Source of the DNA: a virus
Taxonomy: Duplodnaviria > Caudoviricetes
Direction: 5' to 3' (one strand)
DNA length: 57,781 nucleotides
Virus record (IMG/VR): IMGVR_UViG_3300028025_001015
Coordinates: 1-57,781 of that record
Part shown: in pieces, positions 1 through 8,431 of the stretch
Position numbering within the stretch: the stretch's first letter is position 1
Layout of the letters: each line of letters begins with the position of its first letter
Made by a program: the position numbers and the translations under genes
Notes under the pieces: model-generated
What the model was told of the DNA's origin: nothing
The model's database searches: none
Seen by the model: the letters and a program-made list of their open reading frames with translations, nothing else

Positions 1-1
1 G

Positions 2-1159
2 CCCCAACAACCGCCCAAGCAAACCCCCAAGCAACCTTCCCAACAACCCCCTCAAGGTGACGGCGGTGAAGGCCAGGGCCAAGACGGTGAAGGCCAAGGC
101 CAGGGCCAAGACGGTGAAGGCCAAGGCCAGGGCCAAGACGGCCAAGGCCAAGGTAAAGATGGTGAAGGCCAGGGCCAAGAGGGCGAGGGTCAAGGCGCAG
201 ACGGTGAAGGCCAGGGCCAAGGTGACGGCCAGGAAGGCCCCTCAAACGGCCAGGAAGGCCCCCAAAAAGAAGGCGGCAAGGGTCAGGGTACACCTACCCC
301 CAAAGCGGCCCCAGAGGCCCCTAAAGAGGCGTTCAGCCCCGTCAACAAAAAAGGTGAAATGGTCAAGGCCGTGGAGACCGAGCCAAGCGCAGAAATCCCT
401 GAGGGCGCACAGGGTCACGGGACATACGACAAGGGCGCAAAACTTTCCCGCCCAGGCGCTCACGTTGGTTCCCTTTGCCACGACATACAGGTGACCGTAC
501 CTGCCAAGATGCGCTATGACCTCAAGCGCATGTTTGACAAGTCAGGCATGGAAGAGTTTCAACCTGGGCGCAAGACCGGGGCCTTGAACGTCCGGGCCTT
601 GCCATCCCTGGCCCGTGGCAATGACCGCCTGTTTAAACGCCGCATGGAAGTGGAAGGGATCGACTCTGCGGTTGTGATTGTCCTGGATGTTTCCGGGTCA
701 ATGGAGGAGGTTTCCAGTGGGTATCGGATCAAGTCAGCGGTCAAGGCTTGCGCCGCCCTGTTGGAGTCCCTCAATGCCGCCGGGGTTGCCACTTGCGTCC
801 TGACCTTTGCATCGACTACCAGCGTTCTGAAACCCTGGGCCATGCCCGTGAAGAAGGCCCTGGGCGAAATCAAAGGGGTACGTTGCGGATCGACAACCAA
901 CGATTACTTTGCCGTCAAGTATGCCCATGAGTTGCTGTTGGCCCGGACTGAGCAACGCAAGGTTTGCTTTGTGATCACTGATGGCGGCGGCGCTTACTAC
1001 ACCTCCCTCCAAGTGGAGTCGGGTCAGCGCCTGGGTCTGACCACTGTAGGCGTGGGGATCGGCGTGGACATATCCGATACCTACCCTCAGTCGGTATGCA
1101 TCGATGACGTATCCAAGTTGGGTGAGGTTGCATTCAATCAAATCAAATTAGCCGCATAA
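2..1159 (+). CDS. CobT-like von Willebrand factor A (VWA) domain protein, 5'-truncated by the window edge
   Basis: The frame of ORF 359..1159 is open back to base 2 (PQQPPKQ...GDGGEGQGQDGEGQGQGQ...). It carries the MIDAS motif DVSGS, a later T and ITDG. An acidic G/Q linker before a VWA domain is typical of phage CobT-like partners of MoxR/CobS ATPases. Confidence 0.8.
   Translation, partial: PQQPPKQTPKQPSQQPPQGDGGEGQGQDGEGQGQGQDGEGQGQGQDGQGQGKDGEGQGQEGEGQGADGEGQGQGDGQEGPSNGQEGPQKEGGKGQGTPTPKAAPEAPKEAFSPVNKKGEMVKAVETEPSAEIPEGAQGHGTYDKGAKLSRPGAHVGSLCHDIQVTVPAKMRYDLKRMFDKSGMEEFQPGRKTGALNVRALPSLARGNDRLFKRRMEVEGIDSAVVIVLDVSGSMEEVSSGYRIKSAVKACAALLESLNAAGVATCVLTFASTTSVLKPWAMPVKKALGEIKGVRCGSTTNDYFAVKYAHELLLARTEQRKVCFVITDGGGAYYTSLQVESGQRLGLTTVGVGIGVDISDTYPQSVCIDDVSKLGEVAFNQIKLAA
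63..240 (+). repeat. Imperfect tandem repeats of GGTGAAGGCCAGGGCCAA encoding a (GEGQGQ)n linker
   Basis: Repeats are directly visible and lie in frame with the VWA gene. Confidence 0.85.
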
Positions 1160-1168
1160 GGGGGAACC

Positions 1169-1342
1169 ATGAAAGGCTTTTTCAAACGTGCATACATGGT
1201 GGGGCCGGGGGGCATGACCTGCCCCTGTTGCGCCCCTCAATCGGGCAACAAGTACGCCGCCCGTGCCCGTCAACTGATGGACAAGCAAAGCAAGCGCCGC
1301 CTGGAGCGCATCATCAATCATTTAAACAAGGAGCAAGCATGA
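1169..1342 (+). CDS. hypothetical protein (57 aa, CPCC motif)
   Basis: Manual translation MKGFFKRAY...CPCCAP...KEQA. GGGG SD-like run upstream; ATGA overlap with the next gene. Confidence 0.6.
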   Translation: MKGFFKRAYMVGPGGMTCPCCAPQSGNKYAARARQLMDKQSKRRLERIINHLNKEQA

Positions 1343-1719
1343 AAACCTATCGACTATCCATTGACCTGACCAACCCCGTGCATGACAAGCGTTGCGGGAC
1401 GGGTCTGAAAAGCTTTCCCAAAATCAAGGCCGGGACGCTGTTTGAGGGTGAACCAACCCATATTAACTCCGCAAATGGGGGGATCACCCCCGCCTATGTG
1501 CGGTGCAAGGATTGGTACGCACAAGGCGAGGTAGCCGCCTTGGTGATCGGCAATTCATTTGAATCAGCGCCCGAAACTTGGCGTGAGATTGCAATTTGCG
1601 ATGGCGATTGGAGCCATTTTGCAGATGAGGTGCTTGATCAATTATTGGCAGATGAATTGGTGACCGTTGATCAGGTTAAAAATACTTTAAGCAAATGCCT
1701 AAGCAAGGAACCAGTATGA
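1339..1719 (+). CDS. hypothetical protein
   Basis: ORF 1228..1719 re-started at MKTYRL, which follows an AAGGAG SD. Confidence 0.7.
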   Translation: MKTYRLSIDLTNPVHDKRCGTGLKSFPKIKAGTLFEGEPTHINSANGGITPAYVRCKDWYAQGEVAALVIGNSFESAPETWREIAICDGDWSHFADEVLDQLLADELVTVDQVKNTLSKCLSKEPV

Positions 1720-2000
1720 AAATTTTTAACTTCTCAGCGAATGGCACTGACTTTGGAAACTGGAGCGCCCCGGACAAGGCCCAGGCGATGGAGCATTTCG
1801 CAGGTGATTCGGGCTATGTATCCTGGGCCGCCATGGTTGCGGACAGGGATGAATTCGGGGGCGACAACATAGTGGTGGCAGAGGTTGCAAACCTCCAGTT
1901 CATTCTGGAGGATGCCCTCACGGCGCTGACCAAAGGGGACAAAGACACGGCTATGTGTTGCATCGACAAAGCTTTGGAAATGGTGAAGCAAGATGAATGA
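1716..2000 (+). CDS. hypothetical protein
   Basis: MKIFNF start after AAGGA; ATGA overlap with the previous gene. Confidence 0.7.
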   Translation: MKIFNFSANGTDFGNWSAPDKAQAMEHFAGDSGYVSWAAMVADRDEFGGDNIVVAEVANLQFILEDALTALTKGDKDTAMCCIDKALEMVKQDE

Positions 2001-2169
2001 GTTTAAACAACTGCTTGAGAAAATGGATTGGACTTACCAATTCTCCGACCACTACGGCACGTTTGAGAAGGGCCGTGCGGATATGTGGACTTTGCAAAAA
2101 CTCGCCCGTGACCTGGGGCCAGAGGCCAGGGCCATGTTAGAAAAGGCATTGGCGCATCACCATGTCTAA
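1993..2169 (+). CDS. hypothetical protein (58 aa)
   Basis: Manual translation MNEFKQLLEKMDWTYQFSDH...; fills the gap between coupled ORFs. Confidence 0.6.
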   Translation: MNEFKQLLEKMDWTYQFSDHYGTFEKGRADMWTLQKLARDLGPEARAMLEKALAHHHV

Positions 2170-2407
2170 CCTCACCCCCCAGGAAATAAAAGCCTTCACG
2201 GAGGCCCAGAATCGCATGCTGGACGAGTTAAGTCACATGATCCTGGGTTACCCCTACGACCCGGAAATGAAAGCCTCTATCGTCCTGCATATCGCCGCCA
2301 TCATGGCCGCCTCGCATGGCATGTCCCATGAGGATTGGATGTTCAAGGCAGAATACTTTTACACCGGTTGCCGTTTAAACAGACCTACCCGTGACGAGGT
2401 GCATTGA
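2162..2407 (+). CDS. hypothetical protein
   Basis: ORF track; overlaps its neighbours in operon fashion. Confidence 0.6.
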   Translation: MSNLTPQEIKAFTEAQNRMLDELSHMILGYPYDPEMKASIVLHIAAIMAASHGMSHEDWMFKAEYFYTGCRLNRPTRDEVH

Positions 2408-2492
2408 TGCGTGATTACCTCACCGACCGTGAGGTGCAGAGGATTAGAACCAACTGCGCCCGTTTACTTTTGGTCATTGTGCTTATCCTGTT

Positions 2493-2699
2493 ATGCCTGT
2501 AAAGGCCATCTCCAACCCCGCCCTGGTTGGTAAGGGCCTTGCCCTTGTCCCCGACCCGTCCCACGTTAAATCAGGTGAGCGTTACATCGTCCTGACCAAT
2601 CGTTGGGAGGTCTATCAGATGGGGGTCAACCGTTACCCCCGCCTGTGTGGGAAATTCCCAAACATCCACGCTGCCATGTTCAAGTGTTTAAACAAATGA
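2493..2699 (+). CDS. hypothetical protein
   Basis: ORF track only; start uncertain. Confidence 0.4.
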   Translation: MPVKAISNPALVGKGLALVPDPSHVKSGERYIVLTNRWEVYQMGVNRYPRLCGKFPNIHAAMFKCLNK

Positions 2700-2780
2700 T
2701 GGCAGCCAGCCTGCTGCGGTTTGAATTTAAACACCTAGCTCACCGGTAGCTCATGGCCCGCTGCACGCTACGTTTAAACA

Positions 2781-4481
2781 TTAGAAGGCGTCCAGGGTTT
2801 CGGTGTACGTCCCGGCGGTTGGGTTGAACTGTAGGACTGTCTCGCCCTGTGCGCCGACCCAACGGTGACGGCACTTCCATACTGCGATTTGAACGTCCTT
2901 GTCTTGGCCCCGATGCACCGTGACCCCTACGTCAGTCTTGGCCCACCACGCCATCGACCCGCTGATGGACATGCCGTCTGGCCTTGGTTGTTCGACCCCT
3001 GACCTTGTGATTTTTGATGGGTGAGCAACGAACCATGTGTGGCAGTCATTGGCCTTGCAGAATTTCTGAACCCTGGTGAGCATGTCACTGATGGCCTGGG
3101 TTTCTGATGCGTCCTTGTTTAAATCAATGTAGTTGTACGGGTCAATGACCAGCCCCCGTGCCCCCATTCTTTTCACTGCGACCCTCGACCTTTCCAGGAT
3201 TGAATCCATCGTGCTTGGCTCTTCGCCGTTGGTATCAATAAACAGGAAATGATCCTTCACCCATTTAAACGCTTGCGCCTTTTCGTCTGCGCTCATTCGG
3301 TTTTTGCCCTCAAAGAACCGCTTGTTCATGTAGATTTCCATGAGCCTGGAGATGTGTATCTCAGGGGCATTCTCAAATGAACACACTGCAAACTTCCAAT
3401 CCTCTGCTTTTGCCAGATTGACCATGACCTGATCAACAAAGTTGGACTTGCCCGAACTTGGGTAACCTGTCACGACCGTCATCTGACCGGGCACGACCGT
3501 GTAAATGCTGTCCACTGATGAGTAGCCGGTGCTGAAGCCACGTCCCACGCCCTTCGCAAACATGTCGTTTAAACGATCCTCATACACGCCTGGATCCGAC
3601 AGCCCTGCGATGGGGTAGGGGGTGGCCCCGTCAATAATATCCTTCAGTACTTGTGACGGGTCATCGACCATGAAGTCATCCTTGGCGTTGAGGAAGACTT
3701 CGTTTAAATCCTTGCCGGTGAACTTAGCCAACCTGCATTTGTCTTTGCCGATGCGCCTTGCCAACTCCTCGGCCAAGGCTTGTCCGGGAATGTCTTGGTC
3801 AGTGGCAATCACAACATACGGGGCCGCTTCAATGATCTCTCTGGCGTTCCACACAAAGGCAAACTTCTTGTCCTCAGACGCAGAAACCTTACCGTCTGCA
3901 ACCTTGATGGGTGCGCCACCCGGCACGCTGACCACATTGTTTAAACCAATCTCCATGAGGGTCAGGCAATCAATCTCACCCTCCACGATGATGATTGGCT
4001 CACCCTTCTTGACCTCGTCCAACCCAAAGAAATCATGTGCCCCGCCAGCGTCCTGTGTGAAGTCCTTCTCTGGGAATGATCGGTACTTGGCTGATACCAG
4101 TGCCCCGTCCCGGTAGTACGGGAAACCAATGGCATCTGCGGTTTTAGATAGCCGGGAGAAATATTTGTCTGCGGCGAACAATCGCATTCGATCTGCGGTC
4201 TGAGGGGATATGCCTCTGGTCTTTAGGTAATCGTAGTGCTGGCTCTGAAGTTTGTTGCTTGTAATTTTTACGGCGGGGACAGCAGACAATTTACGCTCCT
4301 TGTGTGGTTGGATAGACCCGTTGGAATAACAGTGGTGGCAGTGATAGACAACGGCCCCGTCAGGTTTGCGGGTCAGTGTCATGTCTTTCTGGTTTTGTTT
4401 TCTGCGCTCTGGTGAGCACAACGGGCAGGACACCCGTGTTGATTCATTGAAATGGAACTGGTCAATGAAGTCTGCGTTCAT
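2781..4481 (-). CDS. Primase-helicase (T7 gp4/Twinkle-like: Zn finger, TOPRIM, SF4 helicase)
   Basis: CPLC...CHHC Zn finger; TOPRIM motifs IVEGEID and DQDIPG; Walker A GYPSSGKS; VIDPYN; AHPSK; SISGS. Confidence 0.93.
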   Translation of the reverse strand: MNADFIDQFHFNESTRVSCPLCSPERRKQNQKDMTLTRKPDGAVVYHCHHCYSNGSIQPHKERKLSAVPAVKITSNKLQSQHYDYLKTRGISPQTADRMRLFAADKYFSRLSKTADAIGFPYYRDGALVSAKYRSFPEKDFTQDAGGAHDFFGLDEVKKGEPIIIVEGEIDCLTLMEIGLNNVVSVPGGAPIKVADGKVSASEDKKFAFVWNAREIIEAAPYVVIATDQDIPGQALAEELARRIGKDKCRLAKFTGKDLNEVFLNAKDDFMVDDPSQVLKDIIDGATPYPIAGLSDPGVYEDRLNDMFAKGVGRGFSTGYSSVDSIYTVVPGQMTVVTGYPSSGKSNFVDQVMVNLAKAEDWKFAVCSFENAPEIHISRLMEIYMNKRFFEGKNRMSADEKAQAFKWVKDHFLFIDTNGEEPSTMDSILERSRVAVKRMGARGLVIDPYNYIDLNKDASETQAISDMLTRVQKFCKANDCHTWFVAHPSKITRSGVEQPRPDGMSISGSMAWWAKTDVGVTVHRGQDKDVQIAVWKCRHRWVGAQGETVLQFNPTAGTYTETLDAF

Positions 4482-4726
4482 TTGATGCTGCCGTCAGACT
4501 TGCGTTTAAATGAGCGGTTGGCTGAAGCTGGCTTCGCCCGGAGATTGCTGATGACCGTAGTTCCCCCTTTGCTCAAAGGCTTTTTGTGGTCAACGTCTTT
4601 GCCGTCCCCTTTTTTGACCACGCCAGCACGTTCCATGATGCGCCTTGCTTTGTTGCGTTCGGCCCGTTTCTTCTTGACCATCTCTGTGCCATCGTAGTTG
4701 GCATATTCTTTTTTGTAATCTCTCAT
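4478..4726 (-). CDS. HNH endonuclease
   Basis: DVDHKKPLSKGG...SNLR...NR motif. Confidence 0.8.
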   Translation of the reverse strand: MRDYKKEYANYDGTEMVKKKRAERNKARRIMERAGVVKKGDGKDVDHKKPLSKGGTTVISNLRAKPASANRSFKRKSDGSIK

Positions 4727-5163
4727 GTTCCATTCCTCAATAAAACTTGTTTAACTTGTGACGGGTCAACCAAAAAGAATAACTCGCCGCTGTTTACATG
4801 CTTGTTGGCACGCTCCATTCTCGGGGAGTGGAGGATGACCTCTGCATCGCAAATGAAGGCCCGTGTCCCGTGAAGATTGACAGACACCAGCACCGTCTTC
4901 AAATCATTGTCCAACAGTTTTTGCTTCCGCTCTGGGATGTGCAAACTGTCAAAGGGAAATTCATCTGCGCTCCATGATTCCCTGACCTCCACCTCAACGT
5001 AGCCTACCTTGACCCCGGCCCGGTAAGCAATCAGGTCAACCCCGTAAGGATCTGCGTTGTCCCGTAGATCGATGCCGTAAGAGTCCTGAAAGAAATGCTT
5101 CACCCTGTCTCTGCCAAGCTTGTCAAAAGCTTGATGAGCGGCGGGGTCAAAGGGCTTTCTCAT
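4723..5163 (-). CDS. PD-(D/E)XK-like nuclease-fold protein
   Basis: YGVDLI...YVEVEVR pattern; overlaps both neighbours. Confidence 0.55.
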   Translation of the reverse strand: MRKPFDPAAHQAFDKLGRDRVKHFFQDSYGIDLRDNADPYGVDLIAYRAGVKVGYVEVEVRESWSADEFPFDSLHIPERKQKLLDNDLKTVLVSVNLHGTRAFICDAEVILHSPRMERANKHVNSGELFFLVDPSQVKQVLLRNGT

Positions 5164-5369
5164 TCACCCAAGTCCAACTCTTGTTGATCGGGGGCCTTGT
5201 AATTCTCCACAGCAACCCCGGCGGTGACATGTTGAACCAACTCATCCTGCGTAGCCACCTTCGCCACAATGATTTGCCTTGCCACATGAGACACGGCCTG
5301 TTGCCTGTTGCTGGCCCGGACAAGTCTTACCCCGTCATTCATTCCTACGATGTATATCCTCATGGTCAC
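5160..5369 (-). CDS. hypothetical protein
   Basis: AAGGAG SD upstream; coupled to the next gene. The start may be the ATG at 5363. Confidence 0.7.
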   Translation of the reverse strand: MTMRIYIVGMNDGVRLVRASNRQQAVSHVARQIIVAKVATQDELVQHVTAGVAVENYKAPDQQELDLGE

Positions 5370-5603
5370 TCCTTGTTATTGGCCCCTTGAGGGGCCGGTT
5401 GCTTGACTTTACCTATTACCTGTTATTACCTGTAACCTGTATCTCCCTACAGATCTTTCCTTGGAGCAGACGGACTTAGCCTATCCTAAGTCCTTCACAT
5501 AGTGCTTTCCCCATCGCATCCATGACCCGCCAGCCGTTCGACAATAGGGCGCTAACTTCGCCACCCGTACCCCTGCTTCCTTGTCTTTCCCGTAGTAGGG
5601 GGT

Positions 5604-5972
5604 TTAAATGTTTGCCGCTACCGTTGACCGTCCAGCAAACAAGTTTCCTTTAGTTGCATTCTTTATCAAAGCTTCAGCCTGATCCTGACCATACACAATG
5701 ACCACCGGTACACCAAACTGGTGATACCGTGATCCCTGACGGGTTTGTTCCCAACAAGTTTTGTGTTTAATCTGGGCCTTCTTGACCTCAATGATTCCCT
5801 GCAACACACCATCTTTAAACACAACCAAATCGAATCGCACCACAGAACGCTTCGCAAAAGTTGCTTTAACTTCACCTCGGACATTTATGCCAATACTTCG
5901 CAGTTGACTCCATAGATAAGCCTGGACTTCAAACTCTGTCTGACGATCTGGCTCAACTACAAGTCTTTGCAT
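5604..5972 (-). CDS. PD-(D/E)XK endonuclease-like protein
   Basis: EFEVQ...GEVK...RFDLVV...IIEVKK. Re-started at MQRLVV because the longer N-terminus reads through an RNA hairpin. Confidence 0.7.
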   Translation of the reverse strand: MQRLVVEPDRQTEFEVQAYLWSQLRSIGINVRGEVKATFAKRSVVRFDLVVFKDGVLQGIIEVKKAQIKHKTCWEQTRQGSRYHQFGVPVVIVYGQDQAEALIKNATKGNLFAGRSTVAANI

Positions 5973-5984
5973 AAATTTTGGCAA

Positions 5985-6070
5985 CAAAAAAGCCGTTACG
6001 ACTGACCCCGGTGAAGAACCCCTCACGGGGCCAGAGTCATGTGTAACGGCTTTCTTATTGGCTCTTCACT
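5985..6070 (-). promoter_or_regulatory. Attenuator-like leader hairpin with an upstream complementary 7-mer
   Basis: 11-bp stem 5989-5999/6043-6053 followed by a U-run on the minus strand. TCTTCAC inside the hairpin (6011-6017) is complementary to upstream GTGAAGA (6063-6069). Confidence 0.6.
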
Positions 6071-6085
6071 TCCAACAATGTTCGC

Positions 6086-6114
6086 ACTGTATCACACACA
6101 TTTAACGCATGCAA
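6086..6114 (-). promoter_or_regulatory. sigma70-like promoter
   Basis: TTGCAT-17 nt-TACAGT with a TGn extension. Confidence 0.55.
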
Positions 6115-6145
6115 CACCCCAAGTGCGTAGGGGTTTTCCATAATC

Positions 6146-6551
6146 TGTTGGCTGGTAGTTCCTCTTTTCCACTTGCGTGTGCCTACACGGCTCCTCATTT
6201 AAACCAAGCCTCTCCATTGGTCACCAACACGGATGGGGAATGGTGAGGAATTACCAGAGGCGGCGCAAGACCTAAGTCGGCAACCACATGAACCAGTCAA
6301 TCCCCATGCGTGTAGGTTGTTGGTGGCTGGTACTGATCTCCAGCGTTCTTTAAACTATCAGGCCCATTGCGGTCAGCCCAATCCGAAATAGCGGGGTTAA
6401 TCCTCGATCTCCAAACCCAAAGGCTTGGCGTTTTCCCCTAAAAGATGCCGCAACACCTTGCACATCAGCCTGTGCATTCACCAACACGGCTGGGGACTGC
6501 CTTGCAAGGATGGCACTGTTATCGGCGTACCACAATCCCCATGCGTCTTGG
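6146..6551 (-). ncRNA. Putative structured ncRNA array: alternating variable-loop hairpins and tRNA-like units
   Basis: Repeats TCACCAACACGGmTGGGGA (6221-6239, 6478-6496) and CAATCCCCATGCGT (6298-6311, 6533-6546) are mutually complementary. tRNA-like stems span 6319-6485. No credible ORF; a dedicated promoter lies upstream. Confidence 0.6.
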
Positions 6552-6558
6552 AATCCCA

Positions 6559-6587
6559 AGCATATCAAAAACTCTGCAAACTTCCAA
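6559..6587 (-). promoter_or_regulatory. sigma70-like promoter upstream of the ncRNA array
   Basis: TTGGAA-17 nt-TATGCT with TGn. The predicted +1 falls near the first repeat (about 6551). Confidence 0.55.
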
Positions 6588-6850
6588 GGGGGGATAACTA
6601 CTTACTTATCCCCCCTTGCACCCGTGGAGACGTACCTATACCCGTGGAGACGTACCTTGTACCCGCCGAGACGTACCTACCACCAAGTTACCACTGGAAT
6701 AAGTTATCTTGTGCCGCCATAAAATTTTTCATGCGTTTAAACATAGCACGCCGAAATACTCCGTTTTGGCACTTTTCGGAGAAACTCCACGCCGAAATTC
6801 TCCACCCCCCCTATAAGGGGGGAGGAGATTTCGGAGGGGTTTCCGGAGTG
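6585..6850. repeat. Iteron-like direct repeats and inverted repeats; replication origin candidate
   Basis: 13-bp perfect inverted repeat 6585-6597/6606-6618. Three copies of ACCCGyNGAGACGTACCT at 6620, 6640 and 6661. Long imperfect inverted repeat about 6776-6847 centred on C-run/TATA/G-run. Confidence 0.55.
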
Positions 6851-7109
6851 TCTGTATGTTGAAACTGCCGGTTTGGAATGACACAGCGTTTAAACACCAA
6901 AATAAAATAATCGATTTCAATGTCCTGCATGTCCTGAAGTCCAGGTAAATATGCGTTTAAACGCATAGCTTCAGTCAAATAACGTCAAATAGAAAACAGG
7001 TACTCCAGATGCGTATCTGACCGGAATATTTAAACATGACCTACAGCAGTGTTGTCGCTGCTTGTAGTTTTTCCGTGTAAACTGGGGCCTTCAGACGTTC
7101 CTCCTGGAT

Positions 7110-7544
7110 TTAGCCCTGCCCTAACCGGCGGGGCTTTTTTTTGGGAGCCACCTCCGGGATACATTCCACAAGGATCTCTGTGCGTGGTTTATCGGGGTCA
7201 AGACCCCAATATGTATGCCGCTCCTTCACCTGCCGATCATTGGCATATATAAGGCCCTGCATCAAGTCCAAGATCAATGACTCGTCCAGGTCTGGTCTGC
7301 GGCTGGCATAAAAGATCCACATGGTCACACGCAGATCCCCCTCCATCAGCTTCGCCAATGGCCTGCACTGCTGTTTAAACACATCCGAGTAGCTCAAAGC
7401 CTTGGCTGACTTGATCAATCGGGACATGCCGCCGAAGTGAACAAGCCGCCTGGAATTGGCCTTGCTGGCTGGCTCACCAAAAATAATTTGAGAAAGTGCT
7501 TGCAAGCTGTCAACACTATCGCTATCATTGCGTTGTAATGTCAT
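7110..7544 (-). CDS. rusA: RusA-like Holliday junction resolvase
   Basis: GEPASKAN; RRPDLD; DLMQG..YANDRQV; PRTEI. Start uncertain. Confidence 0.8.
   Translation of the reverse strand: MTLQRNDSDSVDSLQALSQIIFGEPASKANSRRLVHFGGMSRLIKSAKALSYSDVFKQQCRPLAKLMEGDLRVTMWIFYASRRPDLDESLILDLMQGLIYANDRQVKERHTYWGLDPDKPRTEILVECIPEVAPKKKPRRLGQG
7111..7142 (+). terminator. Intrinsic terminator
   Basis: AGCCCTGCC-ctaacc-GGCGGGGCT hairpin followed by a T-run. Confidence 0.65.
7500..7528 (+). promoter_or_regulatory. sigma70-like promoter of the recombination/accessory operon
   Basis: TTGCAA-17 nt-TATCAT upstream of a GGAG SD and ATG 7565. Confidence 0.6.
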
Positions 7545-7564
7545 AACGAACCTTTGGAGAGCAA

Positions 7565-8431
7565 ATGAAGATTACCAACAAATACGGTTTACCAGCGCCC
7601 CTCGTCTCATTGGTGTCGAAAGATACATACTCAAAGGGCGCATCCCAGTATAGCGTCACAGAGTTGATGAGTCCACCCAGAGTGAGAAGGTTACGAGAAC
7701 AATACGATGATGTGATCGAAACAGATGTGACTGACCTGGGCTGGCAGTTCATTGGCAAAGGCATCCATATCAACATGGAAAACGCAGTCAACGACAAGCA
7801 CATCAATGAAGAACGCCTGTTTGTGAATGTGGACGGCGTGACCATCAGCGGGGCCATCGACCTGCAAGAGGAAACCCCAGAGGGGGTTGTCATCACCGAT
7901 TACAAGTTCACCAGCGCCTGGGCCTTCATGCAAGAGAAGGTTGAATGGCAACAGCAGTTAAACATTTACAAGTGGTTCGTTGAAACCGTCAAGCGCAAGA
8001 AGGTTATCAAGCTTCAGATCTGCGCCTTCATTCGGGACTTCAACCGCAGACAAGTCAAAGAAGGATACCCACGGGCATCCATTGACATGGTTGACATCCC
8101 CCTGTGGGATGCAGTCACCACCGAAACCTATATTCGGGAACGCCTTGAGATGCACCGCAATGCCAAGGTGTCCCATGACTTTGGGGAAGAACTTCCGTTC
8201 TGCTCCGATGAAGAAAGATGGAAATCAACCCCCGTCTTTGCCGTGAAACGTGAAGGCCGCAAAACAGCCATCCGTTTATTTGAAACCCGTGAAGAGGCCG
8301 ATGAACTGGCTGTGAAGGAAAAAGGATATGTCGAAGAACGACCCGCCGAACCCAAGCGATGCACAGGCAACTACTGCTCAGTCGCCCAGTGGTGCGAACA
8401 ATACCAAGGAGAAATCAATGAACGTAATTGA
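7565..8431 (+). CDS. PD-(D/E)XK exonuclease (RecB/Cas4-like)
   Basis: SVTELM; G..IH; ISGAIDL; TDYK; QLNIY; C-terminal Cys cluster RC..NYC...WC. Lies next to an annealase gene. Confidence 0.85.
   Translation: MKITNKYGLPAPLVSLVSKDTYSKGASQYSVTELMSPPRVRRLREQYDDVIETDVTDLGWQFIGKGIHINMENAVNDKHINEERLFVNVDGVTISGAIDLQEETPEGVVITDYKFTSAWAFMQEKVEWQQQLNIYKWFVETVKRKKVIKLQICAFIRDFNRRQVKEGYPRASIDMVDIPLWDAVTTETYIRERLEMHRNAKVSHDFGEELPFCSDEERWKSTPVFAVKREGRKTAIRLFETREEADELAVKEKGYVEERPAEPKRCTGNYCSVAQWCEQYQGEINERN

Noticed and set aside
57-494. 145-aa K/A/R-rich ORF resembling a histone-like protein
   Set aside because: It is a shadow frame of the GEGQGQ repeat. The frame continuous with the VWA domain is open from base 2.
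6319-6485. Canonical tRNA gene
   Set aside because: It lacks the TTCRA T-loop, the D-loop GG pattern and a 7-nt anticodon loop. It is kept only as tRNA-like.
6350-6920. ORFs 6350..6568, 6425..6862, 6510..6722 and 6729..6920
   Set aside because: They have no SD or protein-like composition and run across repeats, promoters and palindromes.
7565-8431. Cas4-like nuclease as part of a CRISPR adaptation module
   Set aside because: It sits in a standard exonuclease-annealase-SSB recombination trio 6 kb from the RAMP gene, and no cas1/cas2 is present.
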